The notes beneath the pieces were generated by a model. The model did not search any database and was not told the DNA's origin. It saw only the letters and a program-made list of their open reading frames with translations. A program made the translations under genes and the position numbers. A stretch of 64,000 bases of DNA from Parcubacteria group bacterium. GTDB lineage: Bacteria > Patescibacteriota > Minisyncoccia > Moranbacterales > UBA2206. Each line of letters opens with the position of its first letter. Positions within the stretch are counted from its first letter, which is position 1. Below are positions 54,361 to 64,000 of the stretch, piece after piece. The DNA is taken from assembly GCA_041661275.1 (NCBI GenBank), contig JBAZUU010000001.1, forward strand, positions 35,493 through 99,492, written 5' to 3'.

Positions 54361-55841
54361 AGTTCTCTAATATTAAGTGATAATATATTTTTCTCTGCTT
54401 CAAGAATATCTTTCATCTGGAAACTTTCTTCGCCCCACAATAGAACTTCCACTGGGCCGATAAAATAATTTCGTTGAAGCATAAAGTCTTTTAAAACGTT
54501 CCTCTCCTTCTGTATTAGTGGACGAATAGATTCGTATGCCTGAATAAAAGATTTGATTAGGCTATAACTCTTATTTTTCTTTAATATGGACCAAGCCACA
54601 ACTGCGACATCGCTGATCAAATAAGAATAATGGAGGTCGTCGAAGTCCAAAATACCAACCAATTTTTCACCGACGAATAGTGTATTCATAATGGTGAAAT
54701 CCGAATGAATATAAGCGGCAGGCCATTGTCCATAAATGGGCTTAAAATCTTTTGCTCTTTCTAAAAATTTAATCACAGACTTATTTTTTAATTTCGAAAA
54801 ATCAATTTTTGCCAATAGTTCGTTTTCATATTTTGACACTGATTCGTTTCCATTCTTCTGTTTGATATATTTCTGACTAACCAAATGCATTTTAGCAAGT
54901 GCTATACCAAATTCTCTGGCGGTTGATTCAGAATATTTCTCGATATGTTGGCCTCCAATAAATTCCATTAGCAGACTTTTCCAAGCAACATCATTAATAT
55001 TAGTAACATTAGCTGCCTTCCCCAGATTATTAAAAATTATTTGAGGAACGGGCAATCCTTCTTCTCTAAGAAAATTGACGAATCTCGCCTCTTCTTCAAT
55101 CCACTCCAACGGTTCATCAATATTATTCGGATAAATTCTTAAAACATACTTTTTATCGGAAACTATTTTGATGCTAGTGTTTTCAACGCCATATGGAATG
55201 ACTTCCATTGAAAAGTTACTGATATTCCAATTGGTCAACATCAAACCAATATTTTCCTTCGTCGGATTTATTTGATTTTCAGGAGAAATTTTTACAATCG
55301 GCCGCGTCTGAAACTCCTCTTTGGTCAATTCCATCTTCACTGTGCCGCTTAAAATCCATTCGCCGTTATGAAAAACAGTCCTGTCGTTATTTATTAAGTC
55401 GGCTTGTTTAAACCCCATTTTTTTATAAAACCCAATCGCTCTTTCATGTAGTTCACTAGTATCAAGCGTAACATTATCCACGTTTAATGTCCTGAAAGCA
55501 TAATCCAAAGTTAGTCTCGTCGCTTCACTTGCTACGCCTGTTCCCCAATAGCTTTTATTTAAAATAAAAACACTAAATTCACTCTCATTTCCTTCTCTTA
55601 TGCTTGATAAGGAAGTATACCCGATAAAATTATCTTCCTTATCATAAATCTCAAAAACTGGCCCACTTTCAATTTCATCAAGCAAAGACTTAAGTTCATC
55701 AATATTTTTTAGTTCCAGGGCTTGTTTAGCAAAACTGAAATATTGTACCACTTCCAATTCTTTAAACCATTTCAAAAGTAAAGGATAATTTTCCTCTGCC
55801 AACCCATCATTGAGATAAACTTTTTCTCCCTGCAATGTCAT
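54357..55841 (-). CDS. fusion protein: N-terminal GNAT acetyltransferase (RimJ/L-like) plus C-terminal APH/homoserine-kinase-II-like phosphotransferase
   Basis: GNAT segment YWGTGVASEA...GFYKKMGF. Kinase segment HSDFTIMN (HxDxxxxN) and ILDFDD (DFD). Confidence 0.65.
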   Translation of the reverse strand: MTLQGEKVYLNDGLAEENYPLLLKWFKELEVVQYFSFAKQALELKNIDELKSLLDEIESGPVFEIYDKEDNFIGYTSLSSIREGNESEFSVFILNKSYWGTGVASEATRLTLDYAFRTLNVDNVTLDTSELHERAIGFYKKMGFKQADLINNDRTVFHNGEWILSGTVKMELTKEEFQTRPIVKISPENQINPTKENIGLMLTNWNISNFSMEVIPYGVENTSIKIVSDKKYVLRIYPNNIDEPLEWIEEEARFVNFLREEGLPVPQIIFNNLGKAANVTNINDVAWKSLLMEFIGGQHIEKYSESTAREFGIALAKMHLVSQKYIKQKNGNESVSKYENELLAKIDFSKLKNKSVIKFLERAKDFKPIYGQWPAAYIHSDFTIMNTLFVGEKLVGILDFDDLHYSYLISDVAVVAWSILKKNKSYSLIKSFIQAYESIRPLIQKERNVLKDFMLQRNYFIGPVEVLLWGEESFQMKDILEAEKNILSLNIREL

Positions 55842-55844
55842 TCC

Positions 55845-56435
55845 CTATATCAAAACCATATTCCCATCTTCGACGAAGATAGCTTGGTCATCAGTTAGTT
55901 TGATTACTGATCCTTCTTTTCGTTTTGCTTTAAACTCCTCAATCATTTTCTCTTCTATCGGAGTATAGTGCGGAGATACGATATATTTAACCAGATTAAG
56001 ACCAGCCAAATCATTGAGGTTAATGTCGTTTATATCACCGATTCCCGCCACTTCAATATCCGGACCGGGAATAATGCTTCCGGCACTGACACCCAGATAA
56101 AATTTCTCCCGTTTTACCGCGTTGATCAAGACCTTGTCCATACCAGTTTTTCTCATTCGATCAAGGATATAAAAAGTGTTGCCACCGCATACATAGTAAA
56201 TATCATACTCTTTCAGATTTACAAAATTATTTTCTTCCGAAATGTTTATTTTGTCATATCGCAATCCGATTTCCCCCAGCTCTTTATCATATTGCTCGAG
56301 CCACTGCCAATCACTTTCTTCTCTGATAGTAAAAATCAAACAAGCTTTCTTGTCACTAAGCGTATCGAATTGTGAAATGAAAAAATCTCGTACTTTTTTA
56401 TTTTCTAATCCTGTTGAGGTTAGTAATAATTTCAT
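55845..56435 (-). CDS. S51 peptidase E-like protein
   Basis: YYVCGGNTFYIL and LGVSAGSII. Confidence 0.65.
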   Translation of the reverse strand: MKLLLTSTGLENKKVRDFFISQFDTLSDKKACLIFTIREESDWQWLEQYDKELGEIGLRYDKINISEENNFVNLKEYDIYYVCGGNTFYILDRMRKTGMDKVLINAVKREKFYLGVSAGSIIPGPDIEVAGIGDINDINLNDLAGLNLVKYIVSPHYTPIEEKMIEEFKAKRKEGSVIKLTDDQAIFVEDGNMVLI

Positions 56436-56459
56436 ATTTTATAATTTTTTATTTTAAAA

Positions 56460-57389
56460 CTATTTCTCTATTATGTTTTTGGTCTTTTTGCAAGTTACTA
56501 TAGTATATGGAATTTGCCAAGCATATGGCTCTTCGTGATGAGTAAGTACGCCTTGCAATCCTTCAATGTTTTGCCGAATATACTCTTTCGCTTCTTTCAT
56601 CTGTTCTTCTGGGGCGTTGATACGCCGAACAAAGAATTCATCGAATGTTTCATAAAGAGTAGGGCCATCTGCGATTTCTTCAATTTTATCAAATATTTTT
56701 CTGTGCAAATCTATCCCCTCTTCTTTTCCACAAAAATTTACCCTTCTTTTCGCAACATCAAACAGTCCATTAAAGCAATTCGCTTGTTCTTGAGTGTCAT
56801 AAGAACAAAATTGGCTAACTAGAATTCCGCCGGGTTTCAATATTCGTTTAATTTCTTCCAATATCTTAGCTTGATATTTGGGCTCTACATACTGTAAAAC
56901 GCTACGCAAAATAACTAAATCGGCGGTTTCACTAGCTAATGGCGTTTCCATTAGACTAGCTTCAATTTTTTCAGCCTGTACTGAGCTTTGCTTCATTGCT
57001 ACGGCATTTGTGTCAATCATAACCAATCTAGCATCAGAACCATTTTTTCTAAATTTTTCACGCACATAATTTCCAAGTGTCCCCTGGCTCGATCCCGCAT
57101 CAACTATTGTCGCATTTTCCCTATCATATATTTCATTTGGAATATGTCGAGCAAAAATTTCACAATTTTCCTCACTTCCAAAAAAACCTTGGTATAACTC
57201 CTCCAAAGCTCTTGCCTTCCCCTCTCCTGCTCTTGTCGCCAATTCTATATCCTGTTTCATTCCAGATTCAACATTTTCACTCTCTTGCTTTTTTATAGAT
57301 GATTCTTTTTTGTGTTCGAAATTCATATTTTGATTATACACAGACGCTTCATTTTTTCCGATATCTTCAGATACAGGAAATTGACTCAC
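56460..57389 (-). CDS. class I SAM-dependent methyltransferase
   Basis: VDAGSSQGTL...ILKPGGILV. Confidence 0.65.
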   Translation of the reverse strand: MSQFPVSEDIGKNEASVYNQNMNFEHKKESSIKKQESENVESGMKQDIELATRAGEGKARALEELYQGFFGSEENCEIFARHIPNEIYDRENATIVDAGSSQGTLGNYVREKFRKNGSDARLVMIDTNAVAMKQSSVQAEKIEASLMETPLASETADLVILRSVLQYVEPKYQAKILEEIKRILKPGGILVSQFCSYDTQEQANCFNGLFDVAKRRVNFCGKEEGIDLHRKIFDKIEEIADGPTLYETFDEFFVRRINAPEEQMKEAKEYIRQNIEGLQGVLTHHEEPYAWQIPYTIVTCKKTKNIIEK

Positions 57390-57443
57390 TGCAATTTAAT
57401 TTATGGATAATTTAAATATCGTACCAATCTCGAGGAAATATTG

Positions 57444-58322
57444 TCAGGACTGAGATAATATCATTTTTAGTTTCTTTATTATCCTAGTCATGCCTTCTGA
57501 TTTTTTATTTTTTTGATAAAACCAAAACCAATTCATCATCGCTATAATAGTATCCTCCTTAATCTGGAAAAATAAATCATCATTTTTGGCACCATAATAA
57601 TTCAGAATATCTTTCAAAAACTGATCATTACTTTTTTTATTAAAATCAACCAAATCCATAAAATCCATCGCCGGTATGCCGAGCCCCGCTTCTGCCCAAT
57701 CCAAGATGCCGGTAATTATTTTCTTATCCGGATCCCAAAGAATGTTGTTGAAATATAAATCGCCGTGTATAATTGTTGCTGGATTTTCAAAATTACTAGG
57801 ATTATTGGCAATAGCTTTCAGCTTGGCGTTGAGAATCTTAAGCTCATCAGCACTCAAGTATTGTGCTATCAACTTGGGACAAGATCTATAATCACTTTTT
57901 CTCATCACTAAGTATCCAGTGTCGAAATTAATTTTTTTGTCTTTAAATCCGTGGAGTGCTTTTAAAAACAAGCCGAGCTGTTTTGCGATTTTGAGCCTTT
58001 CTTTCGGAGCAAGTTTTTCGATGTCAGATGGGCGAGGGTGTTTTCCAGGTATCTTTTTATAACCAATAAAACCATCGCCAAGGTATTTTGGTGCCGGCAC
58101 TGCCAGAGGAGACACCTTAGAAAATGAGACTAAGAAATCCAATCTTTTTTCCATTTTTTCTTTAGCGTCGTCGTTTCTGGGAAATCGAAAAATCCATTTT
58201 TCATTAACTTCAATAATCAGACTTTCCGTGCCTCTATTTACTGCCTTGTATGAATTGATCTTGAGACCTGTAGCCATTCTTATCTCTTCGATTCTTGCGG
58301 CGATTGATTTTTGCTTTGTCAT
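57444..58322 (-). CDS. aminoglycoside/choline-kinase-family phosphotransferase (APH-like)
   Basis: IIHGDLYFNNILW (HGDxxxxN) and GILDWAEAG. Confidence 0.7.
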   Translation of the reverse strand: MTKQKSIAARIEEIRMATGLKINSYKAVNRGTESLIIEVNEKWIFRFPRNDDAKEKMEKRLDFLVSFSKVSPLAVPAPKYLGDGFIGYKKIPGKHPRPSDIEKLAPKERLKIAKQLGLFLKALHGFKDKKINFDTGYLVMRKSDYRSCPKLIAQYLSADELKILNAKLKAIANNPSNFENPATIIHGDLYFNNILWDPDKKIITGILDWAEAGLGIPAMDFMDLVDFNKKSNDQFLKDILNYYGAKNDDLFFQIKEDTIIAMMNWFWFYQKNKKSEGMTRIIKKLKMILSQS

Positions 58323-58384
58323 AGTTTATCTAAGTTGATCTATGACCATTCTACCATAAACCGGCCATAATCCTATATGCGTAT

Positions 58385-60208
58385 CTACTTTTGCACAATA
58401 TTCTCCAGCCTTTCTTTTCCCATTATATGCAACTCCGATATAGCGCGAGTAAGCGCCACATAAAGAAGATCTTTGTTAATTCTCTTTTTCTCTTCAGCTA
58501 AATCAACATGCCCCTTATCTTGATAATCAGCAAACATTTCTTTGCTGACGCCCACAATAATAACAACGTCAAACTCCACTCCCTGCGCTTCATTCATCGT
58601 CATTGCATGCACTTTGTTGTTATCGCTAAAAGTACTTTTGAACTGAGTCAAATAATTCTCTTCTTTGGCTAATATTCCGACACTGGAAAAATTATTTGTC
58701 GCAATGATTTTTTTGATTTGTTCGATTTCTTCATCCTTGCTTTGAAAAATATATTCTTCCACCGCTTTTCCTTCCTTTAGCTGATCGAGTATTTCAATGT
58801 CATATCCCAATTTTTTGATATATCGCAAAATGTTTTTTGTGTTCCGATAAACTTTTTGCAGCGTTACCTTTCGTTCCTCTTCCATTTTTTCCTCGATATC
58901 TTCCCAATGGCGGATCGTTCCCAGCTTCACTTGCTGAGCCATATCTCCGACATAAACCGTTGATTGGCTTTTCTCGCTGATACAAGATTTTATAAGCCGC
59001 AATTGATCCGGCAAATAGTTTTGGAATTCGTCGATTACCGCTAAGGAATATTCCAAGGGTACCGCTTCCTTCTTCTTTTTTATGGATCCGTTCCTTTGCT
59101 GGATATATCGATCTCTAATCACACTTAAACCCTCGCTGCTCGCGTAAGATATTTTCAGAAGTAAGGTTAAGTCAATTCTGTCATACGCCCTCTCTTCCTT
59201 TTGACGCTGAAACAAAGTTTTTTTCTCGTTGTTCAAATACTTTCCATAAACTTTTTCAAGTATTGAGTGCGAATCTGATTTTGCATATGTCTGCTTGGAT
59301 AAATTATTCAAAGCTTTCAATTTGTAAAACTCATATAAGTCCTTCTCGTACTCACTATCTCCGTATCTTTCCGTAAAATTACCATCCATGCCAAGAATCT
59401 CAAACGCCCATTCGGAAAAAGTAACGATTTTGACATCATCGATACCGAGCTCCGGCAGAAGATGGGAGAAATACTCCTTGGTGCCGTTATCCTGAACGAA
59501 GACTATGATGGATTTGCTGGTGTAGATGTCGGCCAAGTCCGGAGATTGAACAAGATAGGCCACCCGATGAAGAGCCAGGGTGGTCTTGCCGCTTCCAGCC
59601 GGACCGGAGATCAAAAACGATCCTTTATGATAAGCGCGAATTACCTGATCCTGCGCCTTTTCCATTTGAGCCACAATTTCTGGAAGAATGAAGCCTGTTT
59701 TTTTGGTGGAAAAATATTCTTCATATATCAGTTCCCGCGGCTCGGATATCGTTTCCGAAGACAGAAATTTTATTTTTCTATCAACAATCATAAATTGATC
59801 TTTCCTGAGCAGTTTTACTTTCTGTATCATTCCGTCCGGACGCTTATAGCTCACGTCGCCCGGCTTTTCAAACCGAATCACTGAAGCCGGAGTTATCCAG
59901 GAATAAATATCCCTGTCGCTGAATCCAAACTTGCCAAAGTAGATTCTGTTTTCTTTTTCTTCCCCGCTAAACACAATATCGCAGCGCACAAAATAGGGCG
60001 AGCCTTTTAAATGCTTCAGCTCATTGATTCTTTTTTCATTGTTGGCGATGATCGTACTCTCTACCATCTGGTCGGCGTAGGAAAGCGTGCTGAACCTCTC
60101 CTTGCTTAATTTGAGTGACTTCTCCACTTTAGCAAGACCATTTTTCAGGCTCATACAAACAGACGCCAAATGTTCCCTGGCGAGGGATAGAATTTTTTCT
60201 TTGTCCAT
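58385..60208 (-). CDS. UvrD/Rep-family SF1 DNA helicase (HelD-like)
   Basis: Walker A GPAGSGKTTLALHRVAYL, VYVGDMAQQV, ALTRAISEL. Confidence 0.7.
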   Translation of the reverse strand: MDKEKILSLAREHLASVCMSLKNGLAKVEKSLKLSKERFSTLSYADQMVESTIIANNEKRINELKHLKGSPYFVRCDIVFSGEEKENRIYFGKFGFSDRDIYSWITPASVIRFEKPGDVSYKRPDGMIQKVKLLRKDQFMIVDRKIKFLSSETISEPRELIYEEYFSTKKTGFILPEIVAQMEKAQDQVIRAYHKGSFLISGPAGSGKTTLALHRVAYLVQSPDLADIYTSKSIIVFVQDNGTKEYFSHLLPELGIDDVKIVTFSEWAFEILGMDGNFTERYGDSEYEKDLYEFYKLKALNNLSKQTYAKSDSHSILEKVYGKYLNNEKKTLFQRQKEERAYDRIDLTLLLKISYASSEGLSVIRDRYIQQRNGSIKKKKEAVPLEYSLAVIDEFQNYLPDQLRLIKSCISEKSQSTVYVGDMAQQVKLGTIRHWEDIEEKMEEERKVTLQKVYRNTKNILRYIKKLGYDIEILDQLKEGKAVEEYIFQSKDEEIEQIKKIIATNNFSSVGILAKEENYLTQFKSTFSDNNKVHAMTMNEAQGVEFDVVIIVGVSKEMFADYQDKGHVDLAEEKKRINKDLLYVALTRAISELHIMGKERLENIVQK

Positions 60209-60509
60209 AGTTAATAAAAAAACGACTTATAGTATAAGCTGGAAATTGCGTTTTTGGATACAATTTGACCCTGCTTATGTAAGTCGGTTTTCGCTAGAAG
60301 TAGGTAATATTGGCTGGTTTCAAGTGTTTTTGTATTTTCAGTATATCACATATTGGCGTTTTGGCAAATTAACGGCTGCTTATTAGTCTTCTAAAGATAA
60401 GAGTTGACAATAATCTGACAGCCTACACTTAGCTCAGCTCTTGCGTTAATGTCGATTATACTATATAATTTAACTGGAAAGGGACTTAAACACCCCTTTC
60501 AGACAATAT

Positions 60510-61127
60510 ATGAACAAAATACCAACAAAAGGTGAATATTTAGAGGTCTTATTAAGATCTCCCAAAACCGTCTTTTCTACAAAAGATGCGGCTTTATTAT
60601 GGAACGAGACCGATAATGCCGTGGTTACTGACCGATTAAAAAAATATGTTAAAGCTGGAAAGTTAGTTCGACCATATCGCGGTTTGTATGCCAAAGATAA
60701 AAATTATAATCGCTTTGAAATTGCAACGCGAATCTATACTCCTTCTTACATCAGTTTCGAAACTGTTTTGACGAGAGCTGGAATCAACTTTCAATTCTAT
60801 AGCAATATTTTTGTGGCTTCATACGTAACTCGAGATATTCAAGCTGGCGATCAGTCGATTTCATTTGTCCGAATGAAAGACTATGTTTTAAGTAACACGG
60901 TCGGCATTGAACATTCGGACGGAATTGCCATGGCTACCAAAGAGCGCGCGTTCTTGGACAGAATTTATGTGAGCAAAGATTATCATTTTGATAATTTAAA
61001 CGCCTTGGATTGGGACAAGGTGTTTGAGATTTTGCCGATCTATAACAATAAGCGAATGGAAAAGAAGGTTGATGAGTATTTCGATCACTACAAAAGCGAT
61101 CAACCAATTAAACCAGAAAAAATATGA
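60510..61127 (+). CDS. AbiEi-like antitoxin/transcriptional regulator (type IV TA, abortive infection)
   Basis: N-terminal wHTH-like region. 4-nt overlap with the downstream AbiEii gene. Confidence 0.6.
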   Translation: MNKIPTKGEYLEVLLRSPKTVFSTKDAALLWNETDNAVVTDRLKKYVKAGKLVRPYRGLYAKDKNYNRFEIATRIYTPSYISFETVLTRAGINFQFYSNIFVASYVTRDIQAGDQSISFVRMKDYVLSNTVGIEHSDGIAMATKERAFLDRIYVSKDYHFDNLNALDWDKVFEILPIYNNKRMEKKVDEYFDHYKSDQPIKPEKI

Positions 61128-61819
61128 AATTAGATTATTCAAAACACAAAAATATCTTACTGCAGATTTTAAAGGACATTTATTCCGATACGTCTATTGC
61201 TCCCCATTTAGGATTTAAGGGTGGAACGGCCGCTTTATTGTTCTATGGATTAACTCGTGATTCGGTTGATTTGGATTTGGACTTGCTGAACGAAGAAAAA
61301 GAAATAGAAGTATTTGAAAAAATACAAAAAATTATCGCCAATTATGGGACGGTCGTCGATTCGAGAATTAAGAAATTCAATTTGCTTAACGTTCTTTCGT
61401 ATGCGCCCGGTGCGCAAAAAATAAAAGTCGAGGTCAACCGAAGACAGTTTGGCTCGAAATATGATCTTAAAACTTTGCTTGGCATATCAATGCTGGTCAT
61501 GATTGAGGAAGATATGTTTGCCCATAAGCTGATGGCCATGCATGAACGGATCGGCAAAACAAGTCGGGATGTTTATGATGTTTGGTTTTTCTTGGAAAAC
61601 CGCTGGCCCATTAACAAAGAAATTGTCGAACAACGTTCCGGTAAAACTTTCAAAAAAGTGCTGAAAATGACGGCTGAACAGTTGGAAAAGCTGGATAATA
61701 AACACGTATTGGATGGACTGGGTGATTTCCTGACAGATCCACAAAAAGATTGGGCTCGCGCCAAACTGAAAAGTGAAACGATATTTTTACTAAAAGCTCG
61801 AGCGGAGAGTGAAAAATAA
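61124..61819 (+). CDS. AbiEii/AbiGii-family nucleotidyltransferase toxin (DUF1814)
   Basis: LGFKGGTAALLFYGLTRDSVDLDLDL is the family signature. Confidence 0.75.
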   Translation: MKLDYSKHKNILLQILKDIYSDTSIAPHLGFKGGTAALLFYGLTRDSVDLDLDLLNEEKEIEVFEKIQKIIANYGTVVDSRIKKFNLLNVLSYAPGAQKIKVEVNRRQFGSKYDLKTLLGISMLVMIEEDMFAHKLMAMHERIGKTSRDVYDVWFFLENRWPINKEIVEQRSGKTFKKVLKMTAEQLEKLDNKHVLDGLGDFLTDPQKDWARAKLKSETIFLLKARAESEK

Positions 61820-61877
61820 TAAAGGCAGATGCGTTTGGAATTAAACTCGATGATTTTAATGAAATAAAAATACTGAT

Positions 61878-63266
61878 ATGGAAAAACAAATATTTACAAT
61901 CGGATATACAATACCGACATTTGATGAAAATTATGTTGATTTTTACGATGAGTTATCATTAATGGATGCTGATATTTTATTGATTTCGCCCGACTCGTTA
62001 GAGCCAAGGGGAGATTGGGTAAGTTTCACTACAAGCGATGGAGGTTGTTATAATGTTGCGGCATCAAAAACATACAAACAGAAGGTATTTACTTTAAGAA
62101 AAGAGATCGAAGACTATTTGAATGCAGGGAAGAATGTTTTTGTGCTTTTAACTAAAACAGAAGAATATCAACTCGCAAGCGGTGTATCTTCGGAGAGGAA
62201 AGGTCAAAATACTTTTCATACTGAGATGTATGGCAATTATAATTTCTTGCCTACTAAAATTGGCACATTAACATCAGTTTCCGGAAAGCATGTTGAATTT
62301 TCTGGAAACCCAGTATTTAGTGATTTTTATCAAAAATTTAAGGAAAATTTGGAATACCAACTTTATATAGAGAACCTAAGTGGAGCCCAGATAATTTTTA
62401 CAGGCAAAGATAAGACGAAAGTTCTTGGAGCAATTTACAAGGTAGGAAATGGACACCTCGTGGTATTACCTTTTATAAAATACAATAGGAAGAAATTTAT
62501 CACATATAAGAAAAAAGAAGATAAGAGTTACTGGACAAATGAGGCGATAAAATTTGGAAAATCGTTAGTTAAATCATTTGTTGATATAGATAAGGCTCTC
62601 CAAAAGGGCGGAGACAGAACCCCTCCTCCTGATTGGACAGGTGAAGTGAATTTTCAGTTAGCCCAAGAGCAAGTTTTACAGGAAGATATCAAGCAGAAAT
62701 CAAATGAAATCGAAAATCTTATTTTGCAAAAAAATGAGTTGCTATCAAAAATAGATCAAGAGGTTCAGTTAAGAGATTTGCTTTTTGAGAAAGGAAAAAC
62801 ACTTGAAAATGCGATTAATTTGGCACTGGAAGTTTTGGGATATAAGGCGGAAAATTACAATGACGGAAATCTTGAGATAGATCATGTTATCACCTCACCG
62901 GAAGGAGACCGTTTTATTGGTGAGGCTGAAGGCAAAGATACTTCTGCTATAAATATTGATAAGTTTAGACAATTATCAACGAACATTCAGGAAGATTTAC
63001 AAAGAGAAGAAGTTGAAAATCCTGCAGTGGGTATTTTATTCGGGAATGGCTTCCGACTTACAAAGCCAACTGAAAGAGCGGAGCAGTTCACGACTAAATG
63101 TATCAATACAGCAAAATCGTCAAATTGCGTTTTGATTAGGACCGTCGACCTTTTTAGGGTTGCAAAATATACAAAAGAATCAAGGAATAAAATTTATGCA
63201 AAAAATTGCCGAGATACAATAAATGATAGTCTTGGTAAAATTGTCGAGTTTCCGCCATTGCCTTAA
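61878..63266 (+). CDS. unknown 462-aa protein: N-terminal alpha/beta domain, coiled coil, C-terminal region with a possible PD-(D/E)xK nuclease motif
   Basis: EIDHVITSPEGDRFIGEAEGKD shows D...E.K spacing. Sits directly downstream of abiEi/Eii. Confidence 0.4.
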   Translation: MEKQIFTIGYTIPTFDENYVDFYDELSLMDADILLISPDSLEPRGDWVSFTTSDGGCYNVAASKTYKQKVFTLRKEIEDYLNAGKNVFVLLTKTEEYQLASGVSSERKGQNTFHTEMYGNYNFLPTKIGTLTSVSGKHVEFSGNPVFSDFYQKFKENLEYQLYIENLSGAQIIFTGKDKTKVLGAIYKVGNGHLVVLPFIKYNRKKFITYKKKEDKSYWTNEAIKFGKSLVKSFVDIDKALQKGGDRTPPPDWTGEVNFQLAQEQVLQEDIKQKSNEIENLILQKNELLSKIDQEVQLRDLLFEKGKTLENAINLALEVLGYKAENYNDGNLEIDHVITSPEGDRFIGEAEGKDTSAINIDKFRQLSTNIQEDLQREEVENPAVGILFGNGFRLTKPTERAEQFTTKCINTAKSSNCVLIRTVDLFRVAKYTKESRNKIYAKNCRDTINDSLGKIVEFPPLP

Positions 63267-63306
63267 ACATAAAAATCCAAGCCATGGCCAATATTGGCCT
63301 AAAAAT

Positions 63307-63588
63307 ATGGAGAAAGAAACAAAACAACAAATTCTTGAACGGCAAAAAGAAATTGAGCAGGAAATCATGGAAATGCTCAAGGAAACAGGGAGTGCTTTTG
63401 CGCTGAAAGATATTAAAGACGCGATTTTCAACGAAGCAGAGCGGGATGATTTTACACATGTTGTCGCTATGTTCGATCGAGGCGGCGACGCTTCGGAATT
63501 GGAGAATGTGCTTGAACTCGTAACCGATGCCTGGAATTATTTTCCGCACAAAGCCCTGGGTGGCATTTCCCCAGCCGAAAAGGCGTAA
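63307..63588 (+). CDS. small hypothetical protein (start placed at the internal Met MEKETKQQ)
   Basis: The ORF overlaps the 3' end of the previous gene in another frame. Confidence 0.3.
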   Translation: MEKETKQQILERQKEIEQEIMEMLKETGSAFALKDIKDAIFNEAERDDFTHVVAMFDRGGDASELENVLELVTDAWNYFPHKALGGISPAEKA

Positions 63589-63612
63589 GCATATCAGTAA
63601 AAAGGAAGAGAT

Positions 63613-64000
63613 ATGACAACATTTGTTAAGATATTTAGAACTATTTTAACCGCAGACAAAGATGCCAGTCGCAAGGCGGCACGCGAGGTGCGGAAATTTT
63701 TGTATCGATCGCATAGCAACAGGAATAATTATGATGATATTAAAAATATCATCAACAACGCGCCAATTGAGTATTCTGAAATTTCCGAGGATTGGCGGCA
63801 AGAAAATTTTGTCATAGCTGTGTCGGTTATTTATTATTTGCACGACAAAGAAAACCGGCCGGATTTTCTTTTCCCATGGCTGTTTCATCTGCTTTGGCAT
63901 AAAAATGGCAACATCCGCCATGCGGCGGTGAGAATGATCGAGCATGAGCTCGGACCACTCACCTATCACCTTCGCTGTCCTGGCAAAAAATCTTCATTTC
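63613..64000 (+). CDS. hypothetical protein, 5' partial only (runs off the window)
   Basis: AAAGGAAGAG RBS then ATG at 63613. Open frame to the window end. Preferred over the antisense ORF at 63646..63969. Confidence 0.4.
   Translation, partial: MTTFVKIFRTILTADKDASRKAAREVRKFLYRSHSNRNNYDDIKNIINNAPIEYSEISEDWRQENFVIAVSVIYYLHDKENRPDFLFPWLFHLLWHKNGNIRHAAVRMIEHELGPLTYHLRCPGKKSSF

Noticed and set aside
63646-63969. 107-aa minus-strand ORF at the window end
   Set aside because: The plus-strand frame starting at 63613 has a good RBS and stays open to the window edge. The minus ORF has no motif support.

Overview
This is an AT-rich bacterial window. The gene content (RNase J, YchF, rpsF-ssb-rpsR, EF-P, SmpB plus tmRNA, infC-rpmI-rplT, Lgt, Ddl, many small proteins) suggests a small-genome, CPR/Patescibacteria-like organism, but that is inference. 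Bases 1-14.8 kb are a conserved translation/housekeeping block. Bases 15-21 kb hold a complete diversity-generating retroelement (DGR). Its reverse transcriptase has the DGR-specific LGxxxSQ and YCDD motifs. A GC-rich 98-bp template repeat (TR, 18373-18470) matches a variable repeat (VR, 18825-18922) at the 3' end of a target gene. The two repeats differ at 14 positions, every one a TR adenine on the coding strand. The cassette is bracketed by two identical 23-bp extended -10 palindromes and is flanked by RhuM and DinD/Bro-N genes. A family of related promoter/operator elements sits in front of defense-like genes: a conserved 13-mer AAGTTATCCACAG (DnaA-box-like) followed by an AGTGATA..TATCACT palindrome carrying an extended -10. 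Those genes include RhuM, a PUR-like protein, a DpnI-like endonuclease and an AlbA_2-HATPase protein. Bases 32-43 kb are mostly envelope and housekeeping genes, with recurring promoter motifs and in-frame heptanucleotide tandem repeats inside lgt. At 43.5-45.5 kb there are strongly promoted and terminated mini-ORFs for hydrophobic or Cys-rich peptides. A tRNA-Asn at 45676-45750 is overlapped at its 3' end by a large serine recombinase gene. That junction begins an island with iteron-like repeats, a SpoVG protein, a SET-domain protein, three S51 peptidases, an ANT(6)-like nucleotidyltransferase, methyltransferases, a GNAT-kinase fusion and an APH-like kinase, a UvrD-like helicase, an AbiEi/AbiEii pair, and an unknown 462-aa protein. 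All calls come from reading the sequence and remembered family signatures. No database search was run.
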